Both the position numbers and the translations under genes were made by a program. From an uncultured Actinomycetota bacterium (GTDB lineage: Bacteria > Actinomycetota > Actinomycetes > Mycobacteriales > Pseudonocardiaceae): DNA of 64,000 nt. Numbering within the stretch: position 1 is the first letter of the stretch; each line of letters starts with the position of its first letter. The notes beneath the pieces were generated by a model that was given only the letters and a program-made list of their open reading frames with translations, was not told where the DNA came from and ran no database searches. Below, one piece after another: positions 46,046 to 54,173 of this stretch. Location of the stretch: assembly GCA_963826705.1 (NCBI GenBank), contig CAWGYF010000022.1, positions 2,099 through 66,098 of the forward strand. The letters run 5' to 3'.

Positions 46046-46589
46046 CCAGCCCGTCGAGCTGTCGATCGGCCATGCCCCGCACCAGGTCGTCCTCGGCACT
46101 GCGGCTGCCGTCGGTCTCGGCGATCACCAGCAAGCTGCCGTGCGTGATCGCGGACGCGCACGCCCCCCGGACCATCTCCCCCGCGTACGGCTTCCGCGGC
46201 CCGAGAGCGGCCAGCAAGCGGTCCTCGGGGGGAAGCGGCGGCTGCGCGGTGTCGAGCCGGTCGAGGAAGTCGTCGACCGCGGCCAGCGAGCGCCGATCCT
46301 GCGGGCCACCCAGCCCGAGGATGGCCCGCCCCGGCGCCTGTCGCTGTGCCGCGTGGTAGAGCCCCAGAACGTCGTCGGGCCCGTAGACCGCGGCGGAGAG
46401 CACCGCTGTCCCGATCGCCACCGACCGTGTGGCCGCGAGCAGGTCGAGCACCCGGTCGGGCCGGTCGAGCTGGCCGCCAGGGAGCCAGAGCGCCGAGTAG
46501 CCGAGTTTCTCCAGCTCCGCAGCATCGTGGCGATGCCCCCCGTCGTCAGCGACTTCGACTGCGAATCCGACCTGTCCGATGTCAGCCAT
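46005..46589 (-). CDS. luciferase-like (LLM, probably F420-dependent) oxidoreductase, likely 3'-truncated by repeat DNA
   Basis: ..AAELEKLGYSALWLPGGQ..RAILGLGG..RLLAALGPRK.. resembles LLM-class proteins. At 194 aa it is shorter than the ~280 aa I expect, and the last ~12 codons are encoded by an array-C-type module. Confidence 0.5.
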   Translation of the reverse strand: MADIGQVGFAVEVADDGGHRHDAAELEKLGYSALWLPGGQLDRPDRVLDLLAATRSVAIGTAVLSAAVYGPDDVLGLYHAAQRQAPGRAILGLGGPQDRRSLAAVDDFLDRLDTAQPPLPPEDRLLAALGPRKPYAGEMVRGACASAITHGSLLVIAETDGSRSAEDDLVRGMADRQLDGLVYGPRPPSGCDHQ

Positions 46590-46624
46590 GCGACCCAGGC
46601 TAGGAACTGAAGTGGACTTCAGGT

Positions 46625-47644
46625 CTACCCCGCAAGCACCCGGTTCAGCGCAGGAGCGACGTCGCGGTGGGTGGCGATCGGCGCGAAGCGGCCGTGGCCG
46701 AGGCGGGCCAGGTCCGCGCCGAGCGGCGCGTCGTGCTCGCCGTCGGTCTGCAGCAGCACGTGCAGCTCGGGGAAGCGGCGCGCGACCGTCCGCGGGTCGG
46801 GCCCCGCGTTGTGCACGGCGTCGGAGAGCAGCACCGCGCAGCGGCGGCGGGCGGCGGAGCGGGCCAGCTCGGCGTGCGCCACGGCGAGCGCGAAGTGCAC
46901 GTTGGTCAGCCCGCGGGCGGGGATGCGCAGAAGGCGGTCGAGCAACCGCGCGGCGGGCACGTGCGCTTCCAGTGGCGTGAGCAGCGCGGCGTCGGACCAG
47001 AACGCCACCACCGCGAGCTGGTCGTCGGCGAGGTCGGCCGACAGCGCCGCGACGGTGGCCGCGGCCATCCGCACCTTCTCCCCGCGCATCGAGCCCGACA
47101 CGTCGACGATCAGCACCACCGCGCGGCGCGAGCGCATCCGCTCGCGCACGACGATGTCGGTGTCGTCGGGCACGGGCCGTTCGGTGAGCACCTCGATCGT
47201 GCGGTCGAGGTCGATGTCGTCGGAGCGGTACCGGTAGGGGACGCTCGCGAGCTTCCCGGCGCCGCGCTCGGCCCGGGGATCGCGGGGACGCCGCCGGATC
47301 GACAGCCGCCGGGCGATCAGCTGGGCCATCACCGCCACTTCGCGGTCGGGCGGGCGTTCCTCGACCAACTCGTCCAGGTCGCGCAGCGTCGCCCGGCGCT
47401 GGGTGACGAGCACACCCTGTCCACCCGCGGGCTCCCCCAGGTCACCGGTGCCGCGCTCGGCGGAGTCGACGTCGACGACCAGCGGGCTGCCCGTTCCCGA
47501 CTGGTAGAGCGCAGGCGCTTCGGTGAGCTGCTTGGGACGGCGGCGCAGCGGCGCGAGGCCACGGCGCTCGTCTGCGCTGGGCAGCCCGATCAGGTTGTCG
47601 ACGTCTAGGCGGTGGGGTCCCGGCGCCGCGCGCCGGGGGAGGAG
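46625..47644 (-). CDS. VWA domain protein (MIDAS DVSGS); no own start codon near its 5' end
   Basis: ..RRAVVLIVDVSGSMRGEKV..LAVVAFWSDA..LLSDAVHNAG. The frame is open and coding-like from the T-run at 47645-47650. The first in-frame canonical start after the MoxR stop is a GTG 66 codons downstream. Confidence 0.75.
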   Translation of the reverse strand, partial: LLPRRAAPGPHRLDVDNLIGLPSADERRGLAPLRRRPKQLTEAPALYQSGTGSPLVVDVDSAERGTGDLGEPAGGQGVLVTQRRATLRDLDELVEERPPDREVAVMAQLIARRLSIRRRPRDPRAERGAGKLASVPYRYRSDDIDLDRTIEVLTERPVPDDTDIVVRERMRSRRAVVLIVDVSGSMRGEKVRMAAATVAALSADLADDQLAVVAFWSDAALLTPLEAHVPAARLLDRLLRIPARGLTNVHFALAVAHAELARSAARRRCAVLLSDAVHNAGPDPRTVARRFPELHVLLQTDGEHDAPLGADLARLGHGRFAPIATHRDVAPALNRVLAG

Positions 47645-48558
47645 AAAAAATGGTTCTCCCAGATCTCGGTGATCACCGCCTCCGGGGTGGTGTCGCTGGC
47701 CTCGTCGACGCCGATCCGGCCCGACAGCGCGAGCATGGCCGCGTCCAGTATCAGCCGCTCGCGATCCGGGTGGGACTCCAGCAGCTCCAGCTCGGCGGCG
47801 ATGGCGGTCAGGTCGATGGCTCCGCGCACTGACGAGCCCCGGCGCAGCTCGGGATGGGTCCGGGTCGCCCGGGTGAGCGCCACGGCGTCGGCCACCAAGA
47901 GCGTGTCGGTGCTGCCGGTGCGGACGGCGACGATGTCGGCCTCCTCCCCCGCGTCCTGATAACCGACGGCCAGCCGACACCAGCGGTCGTAGACGGAGTC
48001 GGAGATCCGTGCCGTGCCGACGTTGTCGAAGGGGTTCATCGACGCCAGCACCCGGAACGTCGGCAGAGCGGTGATCACCCCGACGCGCGGCACGCTCACC
48101 TCCCGCTCGGCCATGGCGCCCAGCAGCACGTTGAGCGTGTCCTCCGGCGCGCGGTTGAGCTCCTCGATGTAGAGGAATCCGCCGCCGCGCATCGCCTCGA
48201 CGAGCGGACCGGGCACGAAGTTCTCCGCGGAGTAGTCCTCACGCAGCACCCGGGCCGGGTTGTGATGCCCGACCAGCCGAGCTGGGGTCAACTCCGCGTT
48301 GCCCTCGACCAGAACGAAGGACACGCCCCAGTTCGCGGTGATCGCGCGCAGCATCGTCGACTTCGAGGTACCGGGCGGACCCTCCAGCAGGATGTCTCGG
48401 CCCGCGGACACGGCCGCGAGCACGAGATCCAGCTCGCGGCGGCGGCCGACGACATCACGCGCGATCGCGTCACGGCCCGCCCGGCTCGCGGACGGCCGGG
48501 CCGCCGTCCCGATACGTGACGGCTGCCCACTCGGTTCTGCCCGATTCGGTTCTGTCAC
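47605..48558 (-). CDS. MoxR-like AAA+ ATPase
   Basis: Walker A LLEGPPGTSKST, Walker B FLYIEELNRAP, then LLGAMAEREVSV and VLASMNPFD. 317 aa. Confidence 0.85.
   Translation of the reverse strand: MTEPNRAEPSGQPSRIGTAARPSASRAGRDAIARDVVGRRRELDLVLAAVSAGRDILLEGPPGTSKSTMLRAITANWGVSFVLVEGNAELTPARLVGHHNPARVLREDYSAENFVPGPLVEAMRGGGFLYIEELNRAPEDTLNVLLGAMAEREVSVPRVGVITALPTFRVLASMNPFDNVGTARISDSVYDRWCRLAVGYQDAGEEADIVAVRTGSTDTLLVADAVALTRATRTHPELRRGSSVRGAIDLTAIAAELELLESHPDRERLILDAAMLALSGRIGVDEASDTTPEAVITEIWENHFFSSPGARRRDPTA
47619..47650 (-). other. candidate -1 ribosomal frameshift cassette (slippery heptamer, 6-nt spacer, 8-bp GC hairpin)
   Basis: The mRNA reads CA-U_UUU_UUC-UCCUCC-CCCGGCGC-GCG-GCGCCGGG. 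The heptamer is in the X_XXY_YYZ register of the MoxR frame, and the -1 frame is the VWA frame. Confidence 0.45.
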
Positions 48559-48564
48559 TTGCCG

Positions 48565-49374
48565 CTATTTCTGGAGGAACCCGGCGTCCACCGGGAGGGA
48601 CACCCCGGTGACGTAACGGGCTTCGTCGGAGGCCAGCCACAGCACGGCGTTGGAAATGTCCACGGGCTCAACCAGCTCCACGGGCAGCAGGTTCTGCATG
48701 TTCGAGGAGAATCCCGGCGTCTCGAGGAACATCGCCATGTAGTCGTTGACCACCATCGGCGTGTGGACCCCAGTCGGGTGCACCGTGTTCACGCGAATCG
48801 AGTGTGACGCAAGCTCAATGGCCAACGTCCGCATCAGTCCGACCACGCCGTGCTTGGCCGCGTCGTAATGCGCGATGCCCGCCATGCCCTTGATGCCCGC
48901 CGTCGAGCTGGTCAGGATGATCGATCCGCCGTTGCCAGCGGCGATCATCGACGGCACCGCGGCCTTCACGGTCTTCCAGACGCCGGTGAGGTTGACCGCG
49001 AGCATCTCCTCCCAGGAGTCCTCTTTCAACGTCCACGCGTTCGCCGCGAACGAGGCGATGCCTGCGTTGGCGATGACGATGTCGAGTCGTCCGAGCTCGG
49101 ACACGCCTTCCTCGACGATCGCCAGCACCGCCGCGGCGTCCCTGACGTCGGCCTCGTGCGCGATGATGCGCCGGTCGAGGTCCTCCACCTGCCGCGCCGT
49201 CGCCTTCAGGTCCTCAGGGACCGCCATCGGGTAGGGCACCGAGGCGAGCTGCCTGCAGACGTCGAACGCGATGATGTCCGCGCCCTCCTGCGCCAGCCGC
49301 ACCGCGTGCGAGCGCCCCTGCCCGCGCGCAGCTCCGGAGACCAGTGCCACTTTGCCTTCGAGCCGACCTGCCAT
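48565..49374 (-). CDS. SDR family oxidoreductase of the mycofactocin-coupled type (carveol-DH-like)
   Basis: The N-terminus GKVALVSGAARGQGRSHAVRLAQEGADIIAFDVC is the hallmark of that SDR subfamily. The catalytic Y..AK is also present (HYDAAKHGV). Confidence 0.8.
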   Translation of the reverse strand: MAGRLEGKVALVSGAARGQGRSHAVRLAQEGADIIAFDVCRQLASVPYPMAVPEDLKATARQVEDLDRRIIAHEADVRDAAAVLAIVEEGVSELGRLDIVIANAGIASFAANAWTLKEDSWEEMLAVNLTGVWKTVKAAVPSMIAAGNGGSIILTSSTAGIKGMAGIAHYDAAKHGVVGLMRTLAIELASHSIRVNTVHPTGVHTPMVVNDYMAMFLETPGFSSNMQNLLPVELVEPVDISNAVLWLASDEARYVTGVSLPVDAGFLQK

Positions 49375-49392
49375 GACGTCCTCCCCGTTCTC

Positions 49393-49479
49393 TCACTGCA
49401 CCCACGGGATCGGGATAGCGTTCATCGTCTGGAACGCCGGCGCGAGGGCGCCGACGTGGCTGCCGTCGAACCTTCCCAT
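49393..49479 (-). CDS. candidate 28-aa small ORF between the two SDR genes
   Basis: ATG 49479 lies 2 nt after AAGGAGGAG. Product: MGRFDGSHVGALAPAFQTMNAIPIPWVQ. 26 of 28 codons end in G/C. The stop is 18 nt before the next gene's ATG. Confidence 0.35.
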   Translation of the reverse strand: MGRFDGSHVGALAPAFQTMNAIPIPWVQ

Positions 49480-49517
49480 GACTCCTCCTTGAGCGGGTGC
49501 TACTTCTGGCGTGCGCA

Positions 49518-50500
49518 CTAGCGGGCCAGTGCGCCCCCGTCGACGGCGAGGCAGTGGCCGGTGACGTGCCGGGCCGAGTCGCTGAGCAGCCAGATCAGGG
49601 CGCCGGTGATGTCGTCCGCGGGGATGACCTCCACGAGCAGCTGGTCGTGCAACCAGCGTTTGTGGACGTCGTCGGGGGTGAGGCCCAGCTCGTCGGCGAG
49701 CCCGTCGAGCATCGGGGAGGAGACCGCGCCGGGCAGGATCGCGTTGACGGTGACGCCGTCGCCCGCCAGCTCGATCGCCATGGCGCGGGTGAGCCCGACG
49801 ACGCCGTGTTTGGCCGCGACGTAGTGCGCGAACTCCGGTAGGGCCCGCACGCCGCCGGTGGAGGCGATGTGGATGATCCGCCCGCGCGGTGACCGCCGCA
49901 GGTGGGCGGCGGCGGCCTTCGTCGTGCGCCAGACGCCGGACAGGTTCGTGTCGACGACCGCGCCCCACTGCTGTTCGGTGAGCTCCCAGAACGGGGCGCT
50001 GGTGACCACCGCGGCGTTGTTGACCAGGATGTCGAGCCTGCCGAACCCGTCGACGACGGCCGCCACGGCTTCCTCGACGGACGCGGCGTCACGCACATCG
50101 GCGACGACGGGCAGCGCCCGGCCCCCGGCCGCGCGGATCTCCGCGACGACGCCGTCGAGCTCCGCGCGGGTGCCTAGTGCGGTGTCCAGAAACGTTCACC
50201 GGGTCCTCGCGGGCCCAGACGACGCCTCGCGGCGTTGCCGCCCTCGCGAAGACGCCCGGTATGAGCTTCGGGCGGCGCCTTGCGAGACGCCGCCTGGATC
50301 CCGCGATCACCCGGCAACGTTCCTGGACACCGCACTAGCGGGTAGGCGGGCACCTCGAGGTCGCGGCAGACGTCGAGCGCGGCGATCGCGGCGCCCGCGT
50401 CCGCCAACGCGAGGCAATGCGAGCGGCCCTGGCCGCGGGCGGCGCCGGTGACGAGGGCGACCTGCCCTCTCAGATCGGGGTTGAGCGCGGCCCCGAACAC
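49518..50500 (-). pseudogene. mycofactocin-type SDR oxidoreductase interrupted by MITE copy 3
   Basis: GTG 50500 follows GGTGGAGG. The N-terminal part ..GQVALVTGAARGQGRSHCLALADAGAAIAALDVCRDLEVPAYPL stops at the MITE. The remainder (GTRAELDGVV..YVAAKHGV..CLAVDGGALAR) resumes after it, and removing 161 bp restores a 273-aa ORF. Confidence 0.85.
50174..50338. mobile_element. MITE copy 3, inserted in a coding sequence, CTAG on both flanks
   Basis: CTAG at 50174-50177 and 50335-50338. Nearly identical (2 differences seen) to the reverse complement of copy 4. Confidence 0.9.
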
Positions 50501-50670
50501 TCCACACCTCCACCGAACCGTCCAAAACTGTTTCCTCGGCAAGGCACTCGCCGGCGATTTGTCCGCTCGACGATCACCGTGAGTGAGGTGTACCACTGGA
50601 GGTGAGGCCCTTCAAACCGTTGCTGGACGGATCGGGTCGATCCTGGATCAGGACAGACTCCGGAGGCTCG

Positions 50671-51450
50671 ATGGCGAGAACATCCTCCTCGGAGGAGCAA
50701 TGGCTCACCGTCAGCGAGGCGGCGCGGGCTCTCGGCCTGAGCCGCACCAGCCTGCTCGCCGCGGAGGACGCGGGCCTGCTCACCCCGATGCGCACGCCCG
50801 GCGGGCACCGTCGCTACCGGACCGACGAGCTGCGTCGCTACCTCGACGCGGCCGGGGCGGGCGCGATGCCCCCGAGCGTCCCGGCGTTCGGGGGTCACGG
50901 GCCAGGGGAAGCCACTGTGGACCCCGGTCCGGCCGCGCGGGCCGCGCGGGAGATCGTCGCTCTGGACATGGCCACCGCGTTGCGGGCAGGTGTCCGGCCG
51001 ATCGTGCGCGCGCTCGAAGCGCAGTGTGGCGGCCTCTACCTGGTGCGCGAGGGCAAGCTGCGCTTCTGCACGGCGTTCGGCGTGCCGCGGTGGCTTGCCG
51101 AGCGGCTGGCGGCGAGCGACCCACCCCCGGCGTTCACGCACGCGATGGACGCCGAGCGCCCACGCCTGTTCGACCCCGCGGCCAGCGCGTTCCCCGAGCC
51201 GCGCTCGACGGGGCATGGTGTGGCGCTGGCGCTGCGCTACGCCGAGCACCCGCTGGGCCTTCTGTTCGTCGTCCTGCCGCTCGAGCATGCGCCGCTGCCC
51301 GGTGAGCTTCGGACCCTCGCCGCGTTCGGCGAGCTCGTCGCACTCGTCGTCACGGACCGGTCGAGCATCACCGAGCTGGAATGCAGGCTGGCCCGCGTCG
51401 CGGCGATGACCTGCGCGTGGCTCCCGCCGTCACCGAAGCCCTCAACCTGA
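50671..51450 (+). CDS. MerR/excisionase-type HTH regulator with C-terminal GAF-like domain
   Basis: ATG 50671 follows GGAGG. WLTVSEAARALGLSRTSLLAAEDAGLLTPMRTPGGHRRYR is the MerR-like HTH. It is divergent from the SDR operon. Confidence 0.7.
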   Translation: MARTSSSEEQWLTVSEAARALGLSRTSLLAAEDAGLLTPMRTPGGHRRYRTDELRRYLDAAGAGAMPPSVPAFGGHGPGEATVDPGPAARAAREIVALDMATALRAGVRPIVRALEAQCGGLYLVREGKLRFCTAFGVPRWLAERLAASDPPPAFTHAMDAERPRLFDPAASAFPEPRSTGHGVALALRYAEHPLGLLFVVLPLEHAPLPGELRTLAAFGELVALVVTDRSSITELECRLARVAAMTCAWLPPSPKPST

Positions 51451-51576
51451 GCACGCGGCCCTGACCGGAGGGTAGGGCAAGCCTTACCCGATCGGGTTCG
51501 ACTCCCTACCTCGCGGCGACTGCCCCGGTCCGGGACTTCACCACAGACTCGTCCTGAGGATCGAGGAGGCAGGGCG

Positions 51577-52386
51577 ATGATCAGGATGTCGAGAGGCGTG
51601 ATCGTGGTGGCGGCCGCCGCCGCGGCCTTGCTCGCCGGATGTTCGGGGCAGGCCACGGGTGGGGCGAACCCCACGCTCGGCACCAGGGCCGACGTCGGCG
51701 CGGTGACGACGGCGGCACCAACTGACGGCGACGGCGAGCCCGGCCAGTCCGGTTCAGCCCAGTCCGGTTCGGCCCAGCCGACCGAGACCGCCAACCAGGT
51801 GGTGGACGGACTCCGGTCGCTGACCGTCAGCGACGACGCGGGCAGTGTGACCGTGACCGGCGCGGCCGGGCCCGGCGTACGGATCGTCAAGAAGATCTTC
51901 GCCAACCCGGCCCGGCCTCAGGAGCAGGTCGCACACACCGGGTCGGACCTGCGTATCACCGCTCCCTCCTGCACCACGCCGGACTGGCGACGGCCCTGCC
52001 GCATCGACTACGAGATCCAGGCGCCGCCCGACATCGCCGTCACCCTCACCACGGCGTCGGGCAACCTCACTCTTATCGGGCTGAGCGGTACACAGAGCGC
52101 GGTCGCCGCCAGCGGATCCGTGCGCGTCACGGCGGCAGGCGGCCCGGTCAGCGCGCAGTCGACGAGCGGCAACGTCGATGTCACAGCCACGGCCGTGACC
52201 CGGACGCTGACCGCGACGTCGGTCAGCGGAAACGCTTCGGTCCACGTGCCGTCCGGCCGCTACCGCGTCGAGACGGCGACCTCCACCGGAAACAGTGCCG
52301 TCGCCCTCACCGACGATCCGGCCGGGAGCGCGCTGGTCCGGGTCACCACCGTGACCGGCAACCTCACGCTGGGCACGTCGCGCTGA
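51577..52386 (+). CDS. lipoprotein with DUF4097-type beta-strand repeats
   Basis: Lipobox AALLAGCSG, then repeated ..SGN(L/V/A)(T/D/S)(L/V).. segments (ASGNLTLIG, TSGNVDVTA, VSGNASVHV, TGNLTLGT). Confidence 0.7.
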   Translation: MIRMSRGVIVVAAAAAALLAGCSGQATGGANPTLGTRADVGAVTTAAPTDGDGEPGQSGSAQSGSAQPTETANQVVDGLRSLTVSDDAGSVTVTGAAGPGVRIVKKIFANPARPQEQVAHTGSDLRITAPSCTTPDWRRPCRIDYEIQAPPDIAVTLTTASGNLTLIGLSGTQSAVAASGSVRVTAAGGPVSAQSTSGNVDVTATAVTRTLTATSVSGNASVHVPSGRYRVETATSTGNSAVALTDDPAGSALVRVTTVTGNLTLGTSR

Positions 52387-52399
52387 ACCTCACCTGGTG

Positions 52400-52651
52400 T
52401 GGGGGGTCCACCTGCTGCGGTGCGGCTGGGCGGGCCCGGGCGAGACTGGCCCTGCCTGCGGCGCACCGGCGCACCTGCGAGAACCCGGGCACGACCGGCG
52501 GCGCCACGCAGGAAGGCGCGCACGACGCTGGTCTTCCCGATGCCGCCTCCCCCGAGACGAGCACCACCGACCCCGAGCCGCGCCCGGCCTGGTCGAGGGC
52601 CGCGTTGAGACGTTCGAGCTCGGCGTCGCGCTCCAGAATGCTGGTCGTCAT
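52400..52651 (-). pseudogene. LuxR/AAA-type regulator, N-terminal remnant with a frameshift in Walker A
   Basis: MTTSILERDAELERLNAALDQAGRGSGSVVLVSGEA continues in another frame as GIGKTSVVRAFLRGAAGRARVLAGA, then degenerates. No HTH region follows. Confidence 0.55.
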
Positions 52652-52657
52652 GGCAGG

Positions 52658-53113
52658 TCAGCGTGCGCCGACGCGCTCGGCTGCGACCCACACGGCGTGC
52701 GGCTTGCCGACGGCGAGATCGGCTGCCTTCCCCCAGCGCACGCGCCATGGGCGGAGCACGACGATGCCCGCGTCGGGCGAAGCGAGGCCGCCCGCGAACA
52801 TCGCCTCGGGATCGAACCCGACCGGCGGTTCCGGCTCGGCGAAGACGTGCCACGACCGTTGCGGCTCCGGGTCCCACGCCGCGTGGCACTCGGCGACCGC
52901 GACGTCGTGGGCGGGATCCCAGTAGGAGCACGACGCGTACGGCGTGGTCGCGAGGTGGGCGCTCTTGGGCGAGGTGCGCCGCGACGAGACGCGGCCGAGG
53001 AGCTCGCCGTCGAGCTCGATCCGCCACACGGGGTGGACAAGCCGGGAACGCGGGCGGCCGCGGCCGTCGACGGTGGCCATGGTGCACCAGACGACGCGGT
53101 GGGCGATCTCCAC
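52658..53113 (-). CDS. pyridoxamine 5'-phosphate oxidase (PPOX)-family protein
   Basis: ..VVWCTMATVDGRGRPRSRLVHPVW.. fits the split-barrel flavin/F420-binding family. It is divergent from a MarR gene. Confidence 0.65.
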   Translation of the reverse strand: MEIAHRVVWCTMATVDGRGRPRSRLVHPVWRIELDGELLGRVSSRRTSPKSAHLATTPYASCSYWDPAHDVAVAECHAAWDPEPQRSWHVFAEPEPPVGFDPEAMFAGGLASPDAGIVVLRPWRVRWGKAADLAVGKPHAVWVAAERVGAR

Positions 53114-53134
53114 GAAACCTGCCAGGTCAGGATT

Positions 53135-53572
53135 GTGCAGTTGGCCGGGCTCGCCCTCACCACCGAGACTCTGCGCAGGCTGGACGCCGCGGGCTACCCG
53201 GACCTGCGGACCTCACACGGCTACCTCATCCAGCACGTGGTCGAGGGTCCACGGCCGGTCGGTGAGATCGCGGCGCGCATGCGGGTGACGCAGCAGGCGG
53301 TGCCGAAGGCGGTCGGCGAGCTGGTCGGCCTCGGCTATCTCGAACGCACCACCGACGCCGCCGACGCGCGGGTGCGGCTGATCGGGCTGTCGTCACGGGG
53401 GCGGGCGGCCGTGGCCACCACCCGGCGGATCCGCGCCGAGGTGGAGGCGGAGCTGACCGCCACGCTGGGCGCCGATCACGCTGCCGCGCTGCACGACGCG
53501 GCGTTGGCCGCGCTGGAGTGGGCGGGCGGGGGCGACAGCATGCGGTCGCGGCAGGTGCCAGAGCCGCGGTGA
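53135..53572 (+). CDS. MarR family transcriptional regulator
   Basis: ..HGYLIQHVVEGPRPVGEIAARMRVTQQAVPKAVGELVGLGYLERTTDAADARVRLIGLSSRG.. is a winged-HTH pattern. A GTG start is proposed. Confidence 0.8.
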   Translation: MQLAGLALTTETLRRLDAAGYPDLRTSHGYLIQHVVEGPRPVGEIAARMRVTQQAVPKAVGELVGLGYLERTTDAADARVRLIGLSSRGRAAVATTRRIRAEVEAELTATLGADHAAALHDAALAALEWAGGGDSMRSRQVPEPR

Positions 53573-53749
53573 CCCCGGCGGGGCAGTTGGGTGGTTCGAC
53601 CCGGCGATGGGCAACAGCCCTGTTCGTCCCGAGCACTTCGCCCCTCGCCCCGCTCGCTGCAGGCGTTGTGGCGTGGCGAGTCAAGGGGCTCGCCGCCCCC
53701 ATGGCAGCGGCCCTCCTCGTGATGCTCGCGGCGGGTCTGCTGCCGGGCT

Positions 53750-54020
53750 GATCACGCTGCGGGCCGAGTGCGCATGCCGTGGTGTGACGGCATGCGCTGC
53801 GGGGCCGGCTGCACAAGCGCTCCCGGCCCGGCTGGACAAGATCGGCGCAAGTGGTGCCACACGTGCAGATGCGCACCCCTGACACCGCAACCAGCGATCA
53901 CCCTCTCCGCACACCAGGCAAGATCGGCAGAAGTGGTGCCACACGTGCAGATGCGCGCCCCTGACACCGCAACCAGCGATCACCCCTGCCCACGCCGGAC
54001 AAGATCGGCGGAAATGGCGT
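53750..54020. repeat. tandem array B: 2 full units of ~82 bp plus partial units of the same module family as array A, in opposite orientation
   Basis: Modules at 53840-53901 and 53922-53983 read GATCGGC..AGTGGTGCCACACGTGCAGATGCGC.CCCCTGACACCGCAACCAGCGATCAC. An 11-bp-stem variant GCGCATGCCGT..ACGGCATGCGC lies at about 53769-53796. Confidence 0.85.
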
Positions 54021-54173
54021 CCCCCGCCGCCCCGGCCGCGCCCGCCGCGCCGCTCTCTCCGTCTGACCTCGTGCTCACCATCGCAGGCGAAGCCATGCTC
54101 AAGGGGGCAGACGGCGGACAAACGTGCGAAATCGCGGGGTCCGATGGCTCCACCCCCGGCCGCCGCACCGAGA

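Noticed and set aside
49393-49479. The idea that the 28-aa ORF is a mycofactocin precursor (MftA).
   Set aside because: It lacks the C-terminal ..GVY motif remembered for MftA, and no mftB or mftC radical-SAM genes are in the window. It is kept only as an unassigned small-ORF candidate.
51460-51515. tRNA-like T-arm sequence CGGGTTCGACTCCCTACCTCG downstream of the MerR-like gene.
   Set aside because: I found no matching 5' acceptor strand, D-arm or anticodon arm upstream, and there is no CCA context. It fits better as a local hairpin (GAGGGTAGGG..CCCTACCTC), possibly a terminator.
53518-53751. 77-aa ORF ending in a hydrophobic stretch (..AAALLVMLAAGLLPG) after the MarR gene.
   Set aside because: It overlaps the MarR 3' end in another frame, and I saw no RBS. 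The evidence is insufficient to call a gene.
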